Positions 45,945 through 57,642 of a DNA stretch of 64,000 nt are shown one piece after another. This DNA comes from Myxococcales bacterium (GTDB lineage Bacteria; Myxococcota_A; Polyangia; Haliangiales; Haliangiaceae), in assembly GCA_016794525.1 (NCBI GenBank), contig JAEUJY010000077.1, positions 45,091-109,090 of the forward strand, in the 5' to 3' direction. Both the position numbers and the translations under genes were made by a program. The notes under the pieces were generated by a model that was given only the letters and a program-made list of their open reading frames with translations, searched no databases and was not told the origin of the DNA. How positions within the stretch are numbered: position 1 is the first letter of the stretch; every line of letters starts with the position of its first letter.

Positions 45945-46946
45945 GTGATGTCGATGGCCACTGCGTTCACCCGCCACGCCGGGGTCGAGGTGCCGCTGAT
46001 CTGCGGCGCGATGTACCCGTGCAGCAACCCCGAGCTGATCGCCGCGGTGTCGGCGGCCGGCGGGCTGGGCATCATCCAGCCGATCTCGATGACGTTCGTG
46101 CACAAGCACGACCTGCGCGCCGGCATCCGCTGGATCCGCGCGCAGACGGACAAGCCGATCGGCTTCAACGCGATCGTCGAGAAGTCGTCGAAGGTCTACG
46201 AGGATCGGATGCGCAAGTGGATCGACGTCGCGCTCGAGGAGGGCGTGCGGTTCTTCGTGACCGCGCTGGGTGACCCGCGCTGGGTCGTCGAGCGGGTCCA
46301 CGCCGTCGGCGGCGTCGTCTACCACGACGTCACCGAGCGCAAGTTCGCCGAGAAGGCGCTGGCCGGCGGCGTCGACGGGCTGATCTGCGTCAACAAGGAC
46401 GCCGGTGGCCACGCCGGCTCGCGCTCGCCCGAGCAGCTCATGGCCGAGCTGGGCGATCTGGGCGCGCCGCTGGTGTGCGCCGGCGGCGTCGGCGACGCGG
46501 CCGCGTTCGTGCGCGCGCTCGACCTGGGGTTCGCCGGTGTGCAGCTCGGCACGCGGTTCATCGCCACCGCCGAGTGCAAGGCCCACGACGACTACAAGCA
46601 GGCGATCCTCAAGGCGCGCCCCGCCGACATCGTGCTCAGCGAGCGGATCTCGGGCGTGCCGGTGGCGGTCATCCGCACGCCGTACGTCGACAAGGTCGGC
46701 ACCCAGGCGAGCTTCTTGATGAAGCGCGCGCTGCGCCACCCCAAGCTCAAGCACTACGCGCGCATGTACTACAGCGTGAAGAGCGTGTTCGAGCTGCGCA
46801 AGGCGTCCTTGCAGGGCGTCAGCTACAAGGACTTCTTCCAGGCCGGCAAGAGCGTCGGCGGCATCGACGCGATCGAGCCCGCCGGCGAGATCGTCCGTCG
46901 CTTCGCCGCCGCCGCCGCGGCCGCCGCCGCCCGCCGCGCGGGCTGA
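45945..46946 (+). CDS. Nitronate monooxygenase / 2-nitropropane dioxygenase (NMO) family FMN-dependent oxidoreductase.
   Basis: TIM-barrel NMO motifs PLICGAMY ... GGLGII ... VCAGGVGD. Confidence 0.7.
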   Translation: MMSMATAFTRHAGVEVPLICGAMYPCSNPELIAAVSAAGGLGIIQPISMTFVHKHDLRAGIRWIRAQTDKPIGFNAIVEKSSKVYEDRMRKWIDVALEEGVRFFVTALGDPRWVVERVHAVGGVVYHDVTERKFAEKALAGGVDGLICVNKDAGGHAGSRSPEQLMAELGDLGAPLVCAGGVGDAAAFVRALDLGFAGVQLGTRFIATAECKAHDDYKQAILKARPADIVLSERISGVPVAVIRTPYVDKVGTQASFLMKRALRHPKLKHYARMYYSVKSVFELRKASLQGVSYKDFFQAGKSVGGIDAIEPAGEIVRRFAAAAAAAAARRAG

Positions 46947-46973
46947 CGGCCCGACGGGGCTGGGGCCGCGGCC

Positions 46974-48467
46974 TCACAGCGCGCGGCTGATCGCGGCGTG
47001 CAACGTCTCGAGCGCCTGGATGCGGGCGAAGCGCTTGTCGTTGGTCGCGACCAGGGTCCACGGCGCGTGCTCGGTCGAGGTGCGCTCGACCATGTCGTTG
47101 ACCGCCTGCTCGTAGGCGTCCCAGCGCTCGCGGTTGCGCCAGTCGTCGTCGGTGATCTTGAACCGCTTGAAGTTGGTGGCGGCGCGGTCCTCGAACCGGC
47201 GCAGCTGTTCGTCCTTGCCGATCTGCAGCCAGAACTTCACCAGCACGACGCCGTGGCCGACCAGCTGCTCCTCGAAGTCGTTGATCTCCGAGTAGGCGCG
47301 CATCCAGTCGGCGGGCTTGCAGAAGCCCTCGACCCGCTCGACCAGGACGCGCCCGTACCACGAGCGATCGAAGATCGTGACGTTGCCGCCGCGCGGCAGG
47401 TGGCGCCAGAACCGCCACAGGTACGGGTGCTGGCGCTCCTCCTCGGTGGGCGCGGCGATCGGCACGATGCGGTACATGCGCGCGTCGAGCGCGCCGGTCA
47501 CGCGGCGGATGTTGCCGCCCTTGCCGGCGGCGTCGACGCCCTCGTAGACGACGACCGTCGAGAGGCCGGCCTTGGCCGCCTTGCGCGCCGCCAGGTTGAG
47601 CGCCCCCTGGCACTCCTCGAGCTTGTGCTCGTAGGTCTCGTCGTCGAGGCGCTGGCTGAGGTCGAGCGTCGAGACGATCGTGCGCGGCTCGGCCGGCGGC
47701 GGCGGCGGCTGCGCGGCGGTGATCGTCGGCGCGACCGGCGCGGCGGCGCCGGGGGCCCGCGCCGCCAGCTGCGCGCGCAGGCACGCCAGCAGGTGGCGGC
47801 CGACGGTCAGCGTCTGGTAGCGGCGGTCGTCGCCCTCGACGATCGTCCACGGCGCGGCGCCGGTCGAGGTCCGCCGCAGCGCGTGCGCCGAGATCTTGGC
47901 GAACCGGTCGTACATCTCGAAGTGCTCCCAGTCCATGTCGGTCACGCGCCACCGGGTGCGCGGATCCTTGGCCAGGCTCTTGAGCCGCTTGCGCTGCCGC
48001 TCCTTGGACAGGTGCATCCAGAACTTCACCAGCAGCGCGCCGTCGTCGACCAGCAGCCGCTCGAACGCCACCACCTCGGCGAGCTGGCGCTCCATCTCGG
48101 CTTGCTTGATGTTGCGGTAGGCGCGGTCGACGATCGGCGCCGAGTGCCAGCCGCCGAAGAAGATGCCGATCTTGCCCCGCGGCGGCAGCGCTCGCCAGAA
48201 CCGCCAGTAGCGCGGCCGGCCGCGCTCCTCGTCCGTGGGCGCGCCGAGCGCGAAGGTCTCGATGTAGCGCGGGTCCATCCATTCGAGCAGCGTGTTGACC
48301 GTCTCGCCCTTGCCGGCGCCATCGACGCCGCCGATCACCACGATCACCGGGAAGTCTGCCTTGCGCAGCTCTTGCTGCGCCGCCAGGAGTTCCTCGCGCA
48401 GCGTCGCCACCTCGCGCGCGTAGGTCTCCTTGTCGACCGACTGGCCCAGCTCGGCGGCTTCGAACAT
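46974..48467 (-). CDS. Two-domain polyphosphate kinase 2 (PPK2; polyphosphate:nucleotide phosphotransferase type).
   Basis: Two PPK2 units, each with a Walker-A-like DGAGKG / DAAGKGG and a lid motif. Internal ATG at 48467. Confidence 0.75.
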   Translation of the reverse strand: MFEAAELGQSVDKETYAREVATLREELLAAQQELRKADFPVIVVIGGVDGAGKGETVNTLLEWMDPRYIETFALGAPTDEERGRPRYWRFWRALPPRGKIGIFFGGWHSAPIVDRAYRNIKQAEMERQLAEVVAFERLLVDDGALLVKFWMHLSKERQRKRLKSLAKDPRTRWRVTDMDWEHFEMYDRFAKISAHALRRTSTGAAPWTIVEGDDRRYQTLTVGRHLLACLRAQLAARAPGAAAPVAPTITAAQPPPPPAEPRTIVSTLDLSQRLDDETYEHKLEECQGALNLAARKAAKAGLSTVVVYEGVDAAGKGGNIRRVTGALDARMYRIVPIAAPTEEERQHPYLWRFWRHLPRGGNVTIFDRSWYGRVLVERVEGFCKPADWMRAYSEINDFEEQLVGHGVVLVKFWLQIGKDEQLRRFEDRAATNFKRFKITDDDWRNRERWDAYEQAVNDMVERTSTEHAPWTLVATNDKRFARIQALETLHAAISRAL

Positions 48468-48573
48468 GCCCCGATCGTAAGCCCGGCCGGCGGCGCCGCG
48501 CCGCTCCAAGTTGTCGCGGGTGGACGGCGATCGCGGCGGGCGCCGTCGCGGCCGCCGGGTGTACGATCCAGCG

Positions 48574-49368
48574 ATGCGCACCACCGGCTGGGCCGTGGCG
48601 ATCGCCGTGACGGTGGCGTGGAGCGCCGGCGCGGCCGCGGACGACCCGGCCGGCACCTGCGTCGAGCTGCACTGCTACTGCGACGGTCCCGATCACCCGG
48701 ACACGGTCGCGTCGTGCAACACGACGTGCGAGGCGGTGTGCGGCGACGGCTCGTCGAGCGGCAGCGGCGGTGGCGCCGGTCCGGCGCACCTGGCGCGTTG
48801 GGGGCTGACCACGATGGTGGGGCGGAGCTACGCGTCGCGCGACGCCACCGGGGCGCAGGCGACCCCGGCCGGCGGCACCTTCGGCGTCGCGCTCGACGGA
48901 CACTTCGGGCGGCCGTCGGTCGGGATCCTCGCGCGCCTGGCGCTGGCCTCGACGCCGATCGCCGGGGCGGGTGTCGGGCTGGCGCGCGAGCGCGCCTGGG
49001 TGCTCGACTGGTTCGACGTCGGGCTCGAGGTCTGTCCCTACGTCGTCGTCGGCCACCGCTGGGAGGTCCGCGTCGATGGCGCCGTGTGGATCGCCTCCAC
49101 CGCGCTGCTCGGCTGCGACGGCTGCGCCGACGCCGCGGCGCGCGGCGCCTACCAGGAGCCGGGCGGCGGCTGGAGCTGGGGCGCGCGCGTCGGCCTCGAC
49201 GTCTACCTCGGCGCGCGACGGCGCCGCGGCCTCAGCGTGGCGGTGATCTACGAGCCCAGCGTGCTCGGCGCCATCGGCGATCCCGACCCGCAGACCGGCA
49301 CCGCGACCGAGCACACCGCACCCACCTACCTCGTCCAGCTCGGCTTCACCAGCATGCCCGATCGCTGA
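48574..49368 (+). CDS. Secreted hypothetical protein (possibly a beta-barrel).
   Basis: Signal peptide MRTTGWAVAIAVTVAWSAGAAA. Confidence 0.4.
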   Translation: MRTTGWAVAIAVTVAWSAGAAADDPAGTCVELHCYCDGPDHPDTVASCNTTCEAVCGDGSSSGSGGGAGPAHLARWGLTTMVGRSYASRDATGAQATPAGGTFGVALDGHFGRPSVGILARLALASTPIAGAGVGLARERAWVLDWFDVGLEVCPYVVVGHRWEVRVDGAVWIASTALLGCDGCADAAARGAYQEPGGGWSWGARVGLDVYLGARRRRGLSVAVIYEPSVLGAIGDPDPQTGTATEHTAPTYLVQLGFTSMPDR

Positions 49369-49447
49369 GCGGTCGCGCCGAAAACGCCCCGGGAGCGCGC
49401 CCGGGGCGCCGCGTTGTCGCGCCTCGGGGCTATAGTCCGCCGGCCCC

Positions 49448-51302
<1,855 letters not shown>

Positions 51303-51310
<8 letters not shown>

Positions 51311-51635
51311 CAAGATGCCCGACATGCAGGCGCTGATGCGCCAGGCCCAGCAGATGCAAGCCAAGGTGGCCAAGGCGCAGGAGGAGGTCCTGTCGATGAC
51401 CGCCGACGGCGCCGCCGGCGGTGGCATGGTCACCGTGACCGTCAACGGCGCGTTCGACGTCACCAAGATCAAGATCGAGAAGGACGTCGTCGATCCCAGC
51501 GACATCGGCATGCTCGAAGACCTGGTGATGTCGGCGGTCAACGCCGCCAACGCGCGCATGCGCGAGGTCACCAAGCAGCACATGAGCAAGGTCATGGGCG
51601 GCATGAACATCCCCGGCATGCCGGGCATGTTCTGA
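51303..51635 (+). CDS. ybaB: Nucleoid-associated protein YbaB/EbfC.
   Basis: 110 aa with MQALMRQAQQMQ...VTVNG...KIEKD. Overlaps the dnaX stop by 8 nt. Confidence 0.85.
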
Positions 51636-51643
51636 GACAAAGA

Positions 51644-51735
51644 GAGGGTCTTTCGCAAAGACCCTCGCGTGTTGTGAGGAGGGTCTTTCGCAAGGACCCT
51701 CGCGTGGTTGAGGAGGGTCTTTCGCAAAGACCCTC
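51644..51735. repeat. Three tandem REP-like palindromic units.
   Basis: gagggtctttcgcaaagaccctc repeated three times at about 34-nt spacing. Each has a 7-bp stem and 9-nt loop. No T-tract follows. Confidence 0.65.
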
Positions 51736-51886
51736 CCCCGGCATTCGCCGGGGCCCCCACCCGAAACGGCCCGGAGCGTTCAGCGGAGCGCGGGGGCGAC
51801 CGCCGACGAGACGCGCGCAGGGCCGTGGCGAGCGGCTGTCAGCGCCGGCGCCCGATCGATCGCGCGGGTCGCGCGTGGAGGTCGGC

Positions 51887-52609
51887 ATGCTCTCTCTCGC
51901 GCGCGCGCTCCTCGTCCTCGTCCTCGGCGCGTGCGCCACGCACGACGCGCGGCACGCGCGATCGCTGGCCGCGCGCGCGGCGTGCGGCGACGACGGCCTG
52001 GCGGTGTTCGGCTTCCCGCGCCACGAGACGCAGTGCACCGACGACGTCGCCGCGCTCGGCGACGGCTGCTACGCGGTCGTGACCCCGTCCGCGACCGCGC
52101 TGGTCGAGTGCGTGGCCGCCGCGCCCGATGGCCACGTCATGTGCCTGCAGGATCCGCGGCCGCGCCCGGCGCTGTTCGCCGGCGACCCGGTCCGGATCGA
52201 GACCTGGGTGTGGCAGCGCGGCCAGCCCGCCATCGCGAAGGTCGCGATGGGCCGCTGCCGGCCGCGGTTCGCGGCGTGGACCGCGCGGCACGAGGCGCCG
52301 GTGCCGGCGCCCGAGCTGGCGATCAGCGACTGGTACTCGCCCACGGGGTGGGCGCTGCCCCCGGCGCCCGCGATCCGCTTCACGCCGCCGATCGACCGCG
52401 GCGCCTTGCAGGCGCTGATGCCCGCCGGCGCGCTCGAGATCGAGGTGTGCCCGGTGGCCGCGCCGCCGGGCATCGCGGTGACCCGGGTGCCGGTGCCGCT
52501 GGCGGCGGGGCTGGCGCCGGCGGTGGTCGACGCGCTGGTGCGCTGGGGCCGGCCGCTGCAGAGCTGCCGGTCGATCGTCGTCGGGTTCGTCGGCGCGCAC
52601 CTGACGTGA
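51887..52609 (+). CDS. Hypothetical lipoprotein inserted between ybaB and recR.
   Basis: ATG at 51887 with GGAGG upstream. Lipo-box LLVLVLGAC. Confidence 0.5.
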   Translation: MLSLARALLVLVLGACATHDARHARSLAARAACGDDGLAVFGFPRHETQCTDDVAALGDGCYAVVTPSATALVECVAAAPDGHVMCLQDPRPRPALFAGDPVRIETWVWQRGQPAIAKVAMGRCRPRFAAWTARHEAPVPAPELAISDWYSPTGWALPPAPAIRFTPPIDRGALQALMPAGALEIEVCPVAAPPGIAVTRVPVPLAAGLAPAVVDALVRWGRPLQSCRSIVVGFVGAHLT

Positions 52610-52648
52610 TCCGCGCCGGCGGCGGTTCGTGCTACGCAAGGAGGCGCG

Positions 52649-53251
52649 ATGGCGGCCGATCCGATCCAGCGACTGGTCCGCGAGCTGGCCCGCCTGCCGG
52701 GCATCGGCGAGAAGTCGGCGACCCGCCTGGCGATGCACCTGGTGCGCTCGCCCAAGCCGCAGGTGCGCGAGCTGGCACAGGCGCTGATCGACGCCACCGA
52801 GCAGATCGGCCTGTGCTCGACCTGCATGACGCTGACCGCCGAGGATCCCTGCCGGCTGTGCGCCGACACCCGCCGCGACAACGACGTCGTGTGCGTGGTC
52901 GCGCAGCCGTCCGACGTGATCGCGATCGAGCGCGGCGGTCACTACCGCGGCCGCTACCACGTGCTGCACGGCGTGCTGGCGCCGCTCGACGGCATCGGCC
53001 CCGACGATCTGCGCATCGCCGAGCTGGTGCGGCGGCTGGCGCCGGTCGGCGGCCCCCCGGTGCACGAGGTCATCGTCGCCACCGCGCCGACCGTCGAGGG
53101 CGAGGCCACGGCGATGTACCTGGCGCGGCTGATCAAGCCGCTGGGCGTGCGGGTCACCCGGATCGCGACGGGCCTGCCGGTCGGCGGAGATCTCGAGTAC
53201 AGCGATCAGGCCACCATCGGTCGGGCCCTTGCCGGCCGCACCTCGCTGTAG
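52649..53251 (+). CDS. recR: Recombination protein RecR.
   Basis: HhH motif LPGIGEKSA; C4 zinc finger CSTCMTLTAEDPCRLC; Toprim domain. Confidence 0.9.
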   Translation: MAADPIQRLVRELARLPGIGEKSATRLAMHLVRSPKPQVRELAQALIDATEQIGLCSTCMTLTAEDPCRLCADTRRDNDVVCVVAQPSDVIAIERGGHYRGRYHVLHGVLAPLDGIGPDDLRIAELVRRLAPVGGPPVHEVIVATAPTVEGEATAMYLARLIKPLGVRVTRIATGLPVGGDLEYSDQATIGRALAGRTSL

Positions 53252-53327
53252 CCGAGCGCCAGCGATTCTCTGGGCGACGCGTACAGCCTCCTGGCTGCGA
53301 CCCGGGCGGCTCGGCTACCCTGGCGTC

Positions 53328-53795
53328 ATGCGCCCCTGGCTCGGTGCCTTCTCTCTGGCGATCGCCGCCGCGTGCAGCGGCGGCGGCGGCGACCCCCCAC
53401 CGGCGATCGACGCGCCGCCCAACACCGACGGTGGCGGCGGTGATGACGCGGCCTCAGTCGACGCCGCAGCCGTGGACGGAGCGGGCGTGGTCGACGCCAC
53501 CGCCGTCGACACGATCGGCCCGCCCGACGGCTTCACGCTCCCCGACGGCCTGATCGGCGTCGACTGCGTGATCGGCGCCGAGGTGATCGGGCCGGGGCAC
53601 ATCGCGTCCAACCCGGCCGGCATCAACTGCGCGCCCGACTGCCGCGAGACGGTGGCGTGCGGCTCGACGATGGTGCTGACCGCGATCCCCAACGCGGGCG
53701 CGGTCTTCGTCGGCTGGTCGGGCGCCTGCAGCGGCGGCACCTGCACGGTCACCGCCAATGGGCCGCTGACCCTGGCCTTCGCGCGGTTCCAGTGA
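53328..53795 (+). CDS. Hypothetical lipoprotein.
   Basis: Lipo-box LAIAAACSGGGG. Confidence 0.45.
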   Translation: MRPWLGAFSLAIAAACSGGGGDPPPAIDAPPNTDGGGGDDAASVDAAAVDGAGVVDATAVDTIGPPDGFTLPDGLIGVDCVIGAEVIGPGHIASNPAGINCAPDCRETVACGSTMVLTAIPNAGAVFVGWSGACSGGTCTVTANGPLTLAFARFQ

Positions 53796-53948
53796 ATCGC
53801 CGAGGGATCCGGACCGGGCGATAATTGCCCGGAATAGTAGAAAGAATCTCGGGCCGTCTGGTACGTTGGCCAGTGGCTGGGGCCAGGCGTCCGCCTCCCG
53901 GTCACGTTCGACTGTACTCGACCAAAGGCCGGTAGGAGCCCAGGCGCG

Positions 53949-54428
53949 ATGTCCAACCAACTGGTGATGTACGAAGAGGAGCTAGCGCAGATCAGCAACA
54001 TCTGCGACGTGCTCCAGCGCGACTCCAACGCGAAGGCGGTCCTCGTCATCGACAAGAACGGCCAGGCGATCGCGCAGTCGGGCGAGGTCGAGCAGCTCGA
54101 CGTCACGTCGCTGTCGTCGCTCACCGCCGGCAACGTGGCGGCCACGGGTGGCATCGCGCAGCTCCTCGCCGAGAAGGAGTTCGCGGGGCAGTTCCACGAG
54201 GGCGAGAAGACCAACGTCCACATCTCGATCGTCGGCGCCCGCGTCATCCTGCTGGTCCTGTTCGACGAGCGCAGCTCGCTGGGGCTGGTGCGCCTGCGCG
54301 TGCGCAAGGCCGCCGTCGAGCTGACCCACGTCCTCGAGGTCCTCGTGAAGAAGAGCGAGTCGGGCAACCAGCCGTCGGTCTTCGCCGAGATCACCGACGA
54401 CGACATCGACAACCTGTTCAACGACTAG
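53949..54428 (+). CDS. mglB: Roadblock/LC7 GTPase-activating protein MglB.
   Basis: 159 aa, near-colinear with Myxococcus MglB: QLVMYEEE ... LTAGNVAA ... LGLVRLR ... DDDIDNLF. Confidence 0.85.
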   Translation: MSNQLVMYEEELAQISNICDVLQRDSNAKAVLVIDKNGQAIAQSGEVEQLDVTSLSSLTAGNVAATGGIAQLLAEKEFAGQFHEGEKTNVHISIVGARVILLVLFDERSSLGLVRLRVRKAAVELTHVLEVLVKKSESGNQPSVFAEITDDDIDNLFND

Positions 54429-54440
54429 GCGCGGGGACGT

Positions 54441-55028
54441 ATGAGCTTCATCAACTACTCGTCGCGCGAGATCAACTGCAAGATCGTCTACTACGGGCCG
54501 GGTCTCTGCGGGAAGACCACCAACCTGCAGTACATCTACAACAAGACCAACCCCGAGGCGAAAGGGAAGATGATCTCCCTCGCCACGGAGACCGATCGCA
54601 CGCTGTTCTTCGACTTCCTGCCGCTGTCGCTCGGCGAGATCCGCGGCTTCAAGACCCGCTTCCACCTGTACACGGTGCCGGGTCAGGTGTTCTACGACGC
54701 CAGCCGCAAGCTGATCTTGAAGGGCGTCGACGGCGTCGTCTTCGTCGGTGACTCGCAGCTCGAGCGCATGGAAGCCAACATCGAGTCGCTCGACAACCTG
54801 CGCACCAACCTGCAGGAGCAGGGCTACGACCTCGACAAGCTCCCCTACGTCGTGCAGTTCAACAAGCGCGACCTGCCGAACTCGGCGCCGATGGAGGAGC
54901 TGCTCGAGGTGCTGAACCCGACCAAGGTCCCGCACTACGAGGCGGTGGCGACCAAGGGCGTCGGCGTGTTCGACACGCTCAAGGCGGTGGCCAAGCTGGT
55001 GCTGACCGAGCTGCGCAAGGCCGGCTGA
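54441..55028 (+). CDS. mglA: Ras-like gliding-motility GTPase MglA.
   Basis: 195 aa. [15 protein letters not shown]-loop, TVPGQ switch II, NKRD. Confidence 0.9.
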   Translation: MSFINYSSREINCKIVYYGPGLCGKTTNLQYIYNKTNPEAKGKMISLATETDRTLFFDFLPLSLGEIRGFKTRFHLYTVPGQVFYDASRKLILKGVDGVVFVGDSQLERMEANIESLDNLRTNLQEQGYDLDKLPYVVQFNKRDLPNSAPMEELLEVLNPTKVPHYEAVATKGVGVFDTLKAVAKLVLTELRKAG

Positions 55029-57013
55029 TGGCCGGGATCGATTTCGGAGGAGCCATGACCGCGATCGCGCATCCGCGTTTCCGTACGGATCTGGTGGCCG
55101 AGCCCATCGACGACGGCGGCAAGCGCTTCATCGACGTCGTCGATCCGGACAGCGGCAACGGCTTCCGCTTCTTCGAGATCGAGTATTCGCTGGCGTGCGC
55201 CATGGACGGCGCGCGCGACATCGCCGGCATCCAGCGCTGGGCCCGCGAGGAGCTCGGCCTCGAGCCGTCCGCCGCCGAGGTGGCGACGGTGATCTCGACG
55301 CTGGGCGACCTCGGCTACCTCGAGGGCACCGCGCCGACCAGCGTCGCCGCCGACGAGCCCGAGCTGGCCCCCGGCGTGGTGGCCGCGCGCCCGACCGCGG
55401 CGCCGGCGAGCTTCGCCGACGTCGAGCTGGGCACCGCTGGCGCCGCGCCGCCGCGCGCGGTCGAGGACCTGCCCGCGGTCGACGACTTCGAGCTGGGCAC
55501 CGCCGGTGGCGTCGCCCACCACGCGAGCGCGCCGCCGATCACCGACGGCCCCGAGCTGGGCCCGTCGGGCGACGCGCGCATGATGGAGTTCGACGCCCCG
55601 ACCCCGCCGCCGGCGGCGATGCCGACCGCGACGATGCGGCCGAGCTCGCGCCCCGACGCCGAGGACGACGGGCCGACCAACCTGCCCAAGCCGCAGTCGA
55701 TCGCCGACGAGGACGAGGTGTCGGTCGACCTGGCCGATCACCTCGCGGTGTCGGCCTCCGACGTCAAGGAGGCGGTGCGCGCCTCCAAGGTCATGTCCGC
55801 GGTCGACGTCCCCAAGGACGTGCTCGACCAGCTCGAGGCCAGCGAGACCGCGGCCCGCGAGACCGCCGAACGCGAGGCTGCGGCCCGCGAGCAGGCGGCG
55901 CGTGAGGCGGCCGCCCGTGAGGTCGCGGCGCGCGAGGCCGAGGCCCGCGAGGCCGCGGCGCGTGACGCCGCCGCCCGTGACGCGGCGGCCCGTGAGGCTG
56001 CGGCGCGCGAGGCTGCGGCCCGCGAGGCCGCCAGCCAGGCGGCGCGCGAGCAGGCCGGTCGGCCGGTGGCGGATCTGCCCCAGATCCCCGTCGGCGTGTC
56101 GAAGAAGAAGCCCGGCGTCGACGCGCCCAAGGACGGCGACAAGGCCGTCGCGGCCACGCCGGTCGAGCCGCCCAAGGCCGGCACCAGCAAGGCGCTGGTG
56201 TTCGTGCTGGTGCTGGTGCTGCTCCTGGCCGGCGCCTTCGTCGTCTGGACCAAGGTCCTGAAGAAGCCGCTGCCGTGGGAGAAGTCGGACGACGGCCAGG
56301 CCGCGACGCCGACCAAGCCGACCCAGCCCACGCCGCCCACGCCGCCCCCGCCGCCCCCGCCACCGCCGGCGCCCACCGCCGCGCTGACCGAGAAGCCGGG
56401 CGACGTGTCCAACGTCGTCGCCGGCCAGATCGGCGTCGTCGCGTTCGTGGCCGCCGACGGCGCGCAGGTCGCGGTCGGCGACGAGCTCCTGCGCTTCAGC
56501 GCCAGCCCGGCCGACGAGAAGAAGCTGACCGGCCTCGACAACGATCTGAACGTCCGCTACCCGAAGCAGCTCAAGGACGCGACCGCCGCGCGCGACAAGG
56601 CGCAGGCGGCCGGCAACGCGGGCGCGCAGAAGGCGGCCGAGGCCAAGATGGCCGAGGTGCAGAAGAAGATCGACGCCCGCACCGCCGAGCGCGACGCGCT
56701 GCGCGCCAAGCTCGACGGCCTGACCATCAAGGCGCCCATCGCCGGCGTGGTCAAGCTCGAGGGCAACATCGCCAAGGGCGCGCGCACCACCGCCGACCAG
56801 GCGGTCGCCACCGTCACCGGCCCGGCGTCGCTGATCGCGACCTTCACGATCCCGACCGGCGGCAAGACCTACAGCCAGGACGCGTCGGTGATGGTGTCGG
56901 CCAAGGACCAGAAGGCCAACTGCACCGCGACCTCGGTCGATGGACCGACGGTCATCGTGACCTGCCCCGCCGATGCCGGCATCGCCGCCGGCACGATGCT
57001 GACGCTCGAGTAG
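55028..57013 (+). CDS. MglA-coupled membrane protein: PqqD/RRE-like N-terminal domain, (EAAAR)n repeat tract, TM helix, Pro-rich segment, HlyD-like (biotin-lipoyl/coiled-coil) C-terminal domain.
   Basis: ATG overlaps the mglA stop (TGATGG). TM helix ALVFVLVLVLLLAGAFVVW. Run of PPTPPPPPPPPPAP. HlyD-like region ...VVAGQIGVVAF...LTIKAPIAGVVKL. Confidence 0.55.
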   Translation: MAGIDFGGAMTAIAHPRFRTDLVAEPIDDGGKRFIDVVDPDSGNGFRFFEIEYSLACAMDGARDIAGIQRWAREELGLEPSAAEVATVISTLGDLGYLEGTAPTSVAADEPELAPGVVAARPTAAPASFADVELGTAGAAPPRAVEDLPAVDDFELGTAGGVAHHASAPPITDGPELGPSGDARMMEFDAPTPPPAAMPTATMRPSSRPDAEDDGPTNLPKPQSIADEDEVSVDLADHLAVSASDVKEAVRASKVMSAVDVPKDVLDQLEASETAARETAEREAAAREQAAREAAAREVAAREAEAREAAARDAAARDAAAREAAAREAAAREAASQAAREQAGRPVADLPQIPVGVSKKKPGVDAPKDGDKAVAATPVEPPKAGTSKALVFVLVLVLLLAGAFVVWTKVLKKPLPWEKSDDGQAATPTKPTQPTPPTPPPPPPPPPAPTAALTEKPGDVSNVVAGQIGVVAFVAADGAQVAVGDELLRFSASPADEKKLTGLDNDLNVRYPKQLKDATAARDKAQAAGNAGAQKAAEAKMAEVQKKIDARTAERDALRAKLDGLTIKAPIAGVVKLEGNIAKGARTTADQAVATVTGPASLIATFTIPTGGKTYSQDASVMVSAKDQKANCTATSVDGPTVIVTCPADAGIAAGTMLTLE

Positions 57014-57082
57014 CGTCGCCGCGGAGCGTGTCGGCGGAAGGGGTGGGCTGCCGCGCCGCGACTTTCGCGGTAGCCTCAGCGC

Positions 57083-57298
57083 ATGGCGAAGCTGACCGGT
57101 ACGATCCAGAAGAGCGACCTCGAGGGAGGCCACTGGTTGCTCGTGACCGCCAAGGGCGAGCAGTACCAGCTCGTCGGCGCCAAGGGCGTCAAGGCCGGCC
57201 AGGAGGTCGTCGTCGAGGGCTCGGTCGACCGCGGCGCGATGGGCATCGGCATGACCGGCCCCACGTTCACGGTGAAGAAGATCTCGCCGAAGAAGTGA
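57083..57298 (+). CDS. Small hypothetical protein (71 aa).
   Basis: AT-richer Lys codons than the antisense frames; sits in an intergenic-size gap. Confidence 0.35.
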   Translation: MAKLTGTIQKSDLEGGHWLLVTAKGEQYQLVGAKGVKAGQEVVVEGSVDRGAMGIGMTGPTFTVKKISPKK

Positions 57299-57300
57299 CG

Positions 57301-57642
57301 CTACGGCCGCGCGGCGCCCGGCGGGTGCGCCTTGCAGCGATCGGCCCACGGCATCTCGAGCAGCGACGCCGCGCCGAGATCGACGCCGCACTCGTCACAC
57401 CGGCCGTAGCGATCGTCGTCGGCGTCGAGCCAGCGGCGGCGCTGCTCGACCTGATCGAGCGCGGCGCGCAGGATCTCCTCGGGCCGCGCGCCCGGCTTGG
57501 CGTCGAGGCCGAGCGCGCGCACCAGGCGATCGCCGTCGGCGCCGGCCAGCAGCGCGGCCAGCTTGGTGGCCAGCTCCTGGCCGCGGCGCATCAGGCCGCG
57601 GCGGAGGGTGACGCGGGTCTCGGGATCGAAGCGGTTGGTCAT
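57301..57642 (-). CDS. DksA/TraR-family C4-type zinc-finger protein.
   Basis: C-terminal motif CDECGVDLGAASLLEMPWADRC. ATG overlaps the upstream lipoprotein stop (ATGA). Confidence 0.5.
   Translation of the reverse strand: MTNRFDPETRVTLRRGLMRRGQELATKLAALLAGADGDRLVRALGLDAKPGARPEEILRAALDQVEQRRRWLDADDDRYGRCDECGVDLGAASLLEMPWADRCKAHPPGAARP

Noticed and set aside
54935-57391. 818-aa minus ORF.
   Set aside because: Antisense to the MglA-coupled gene. The plus frame has a TM helix and a HlyD-like domain.
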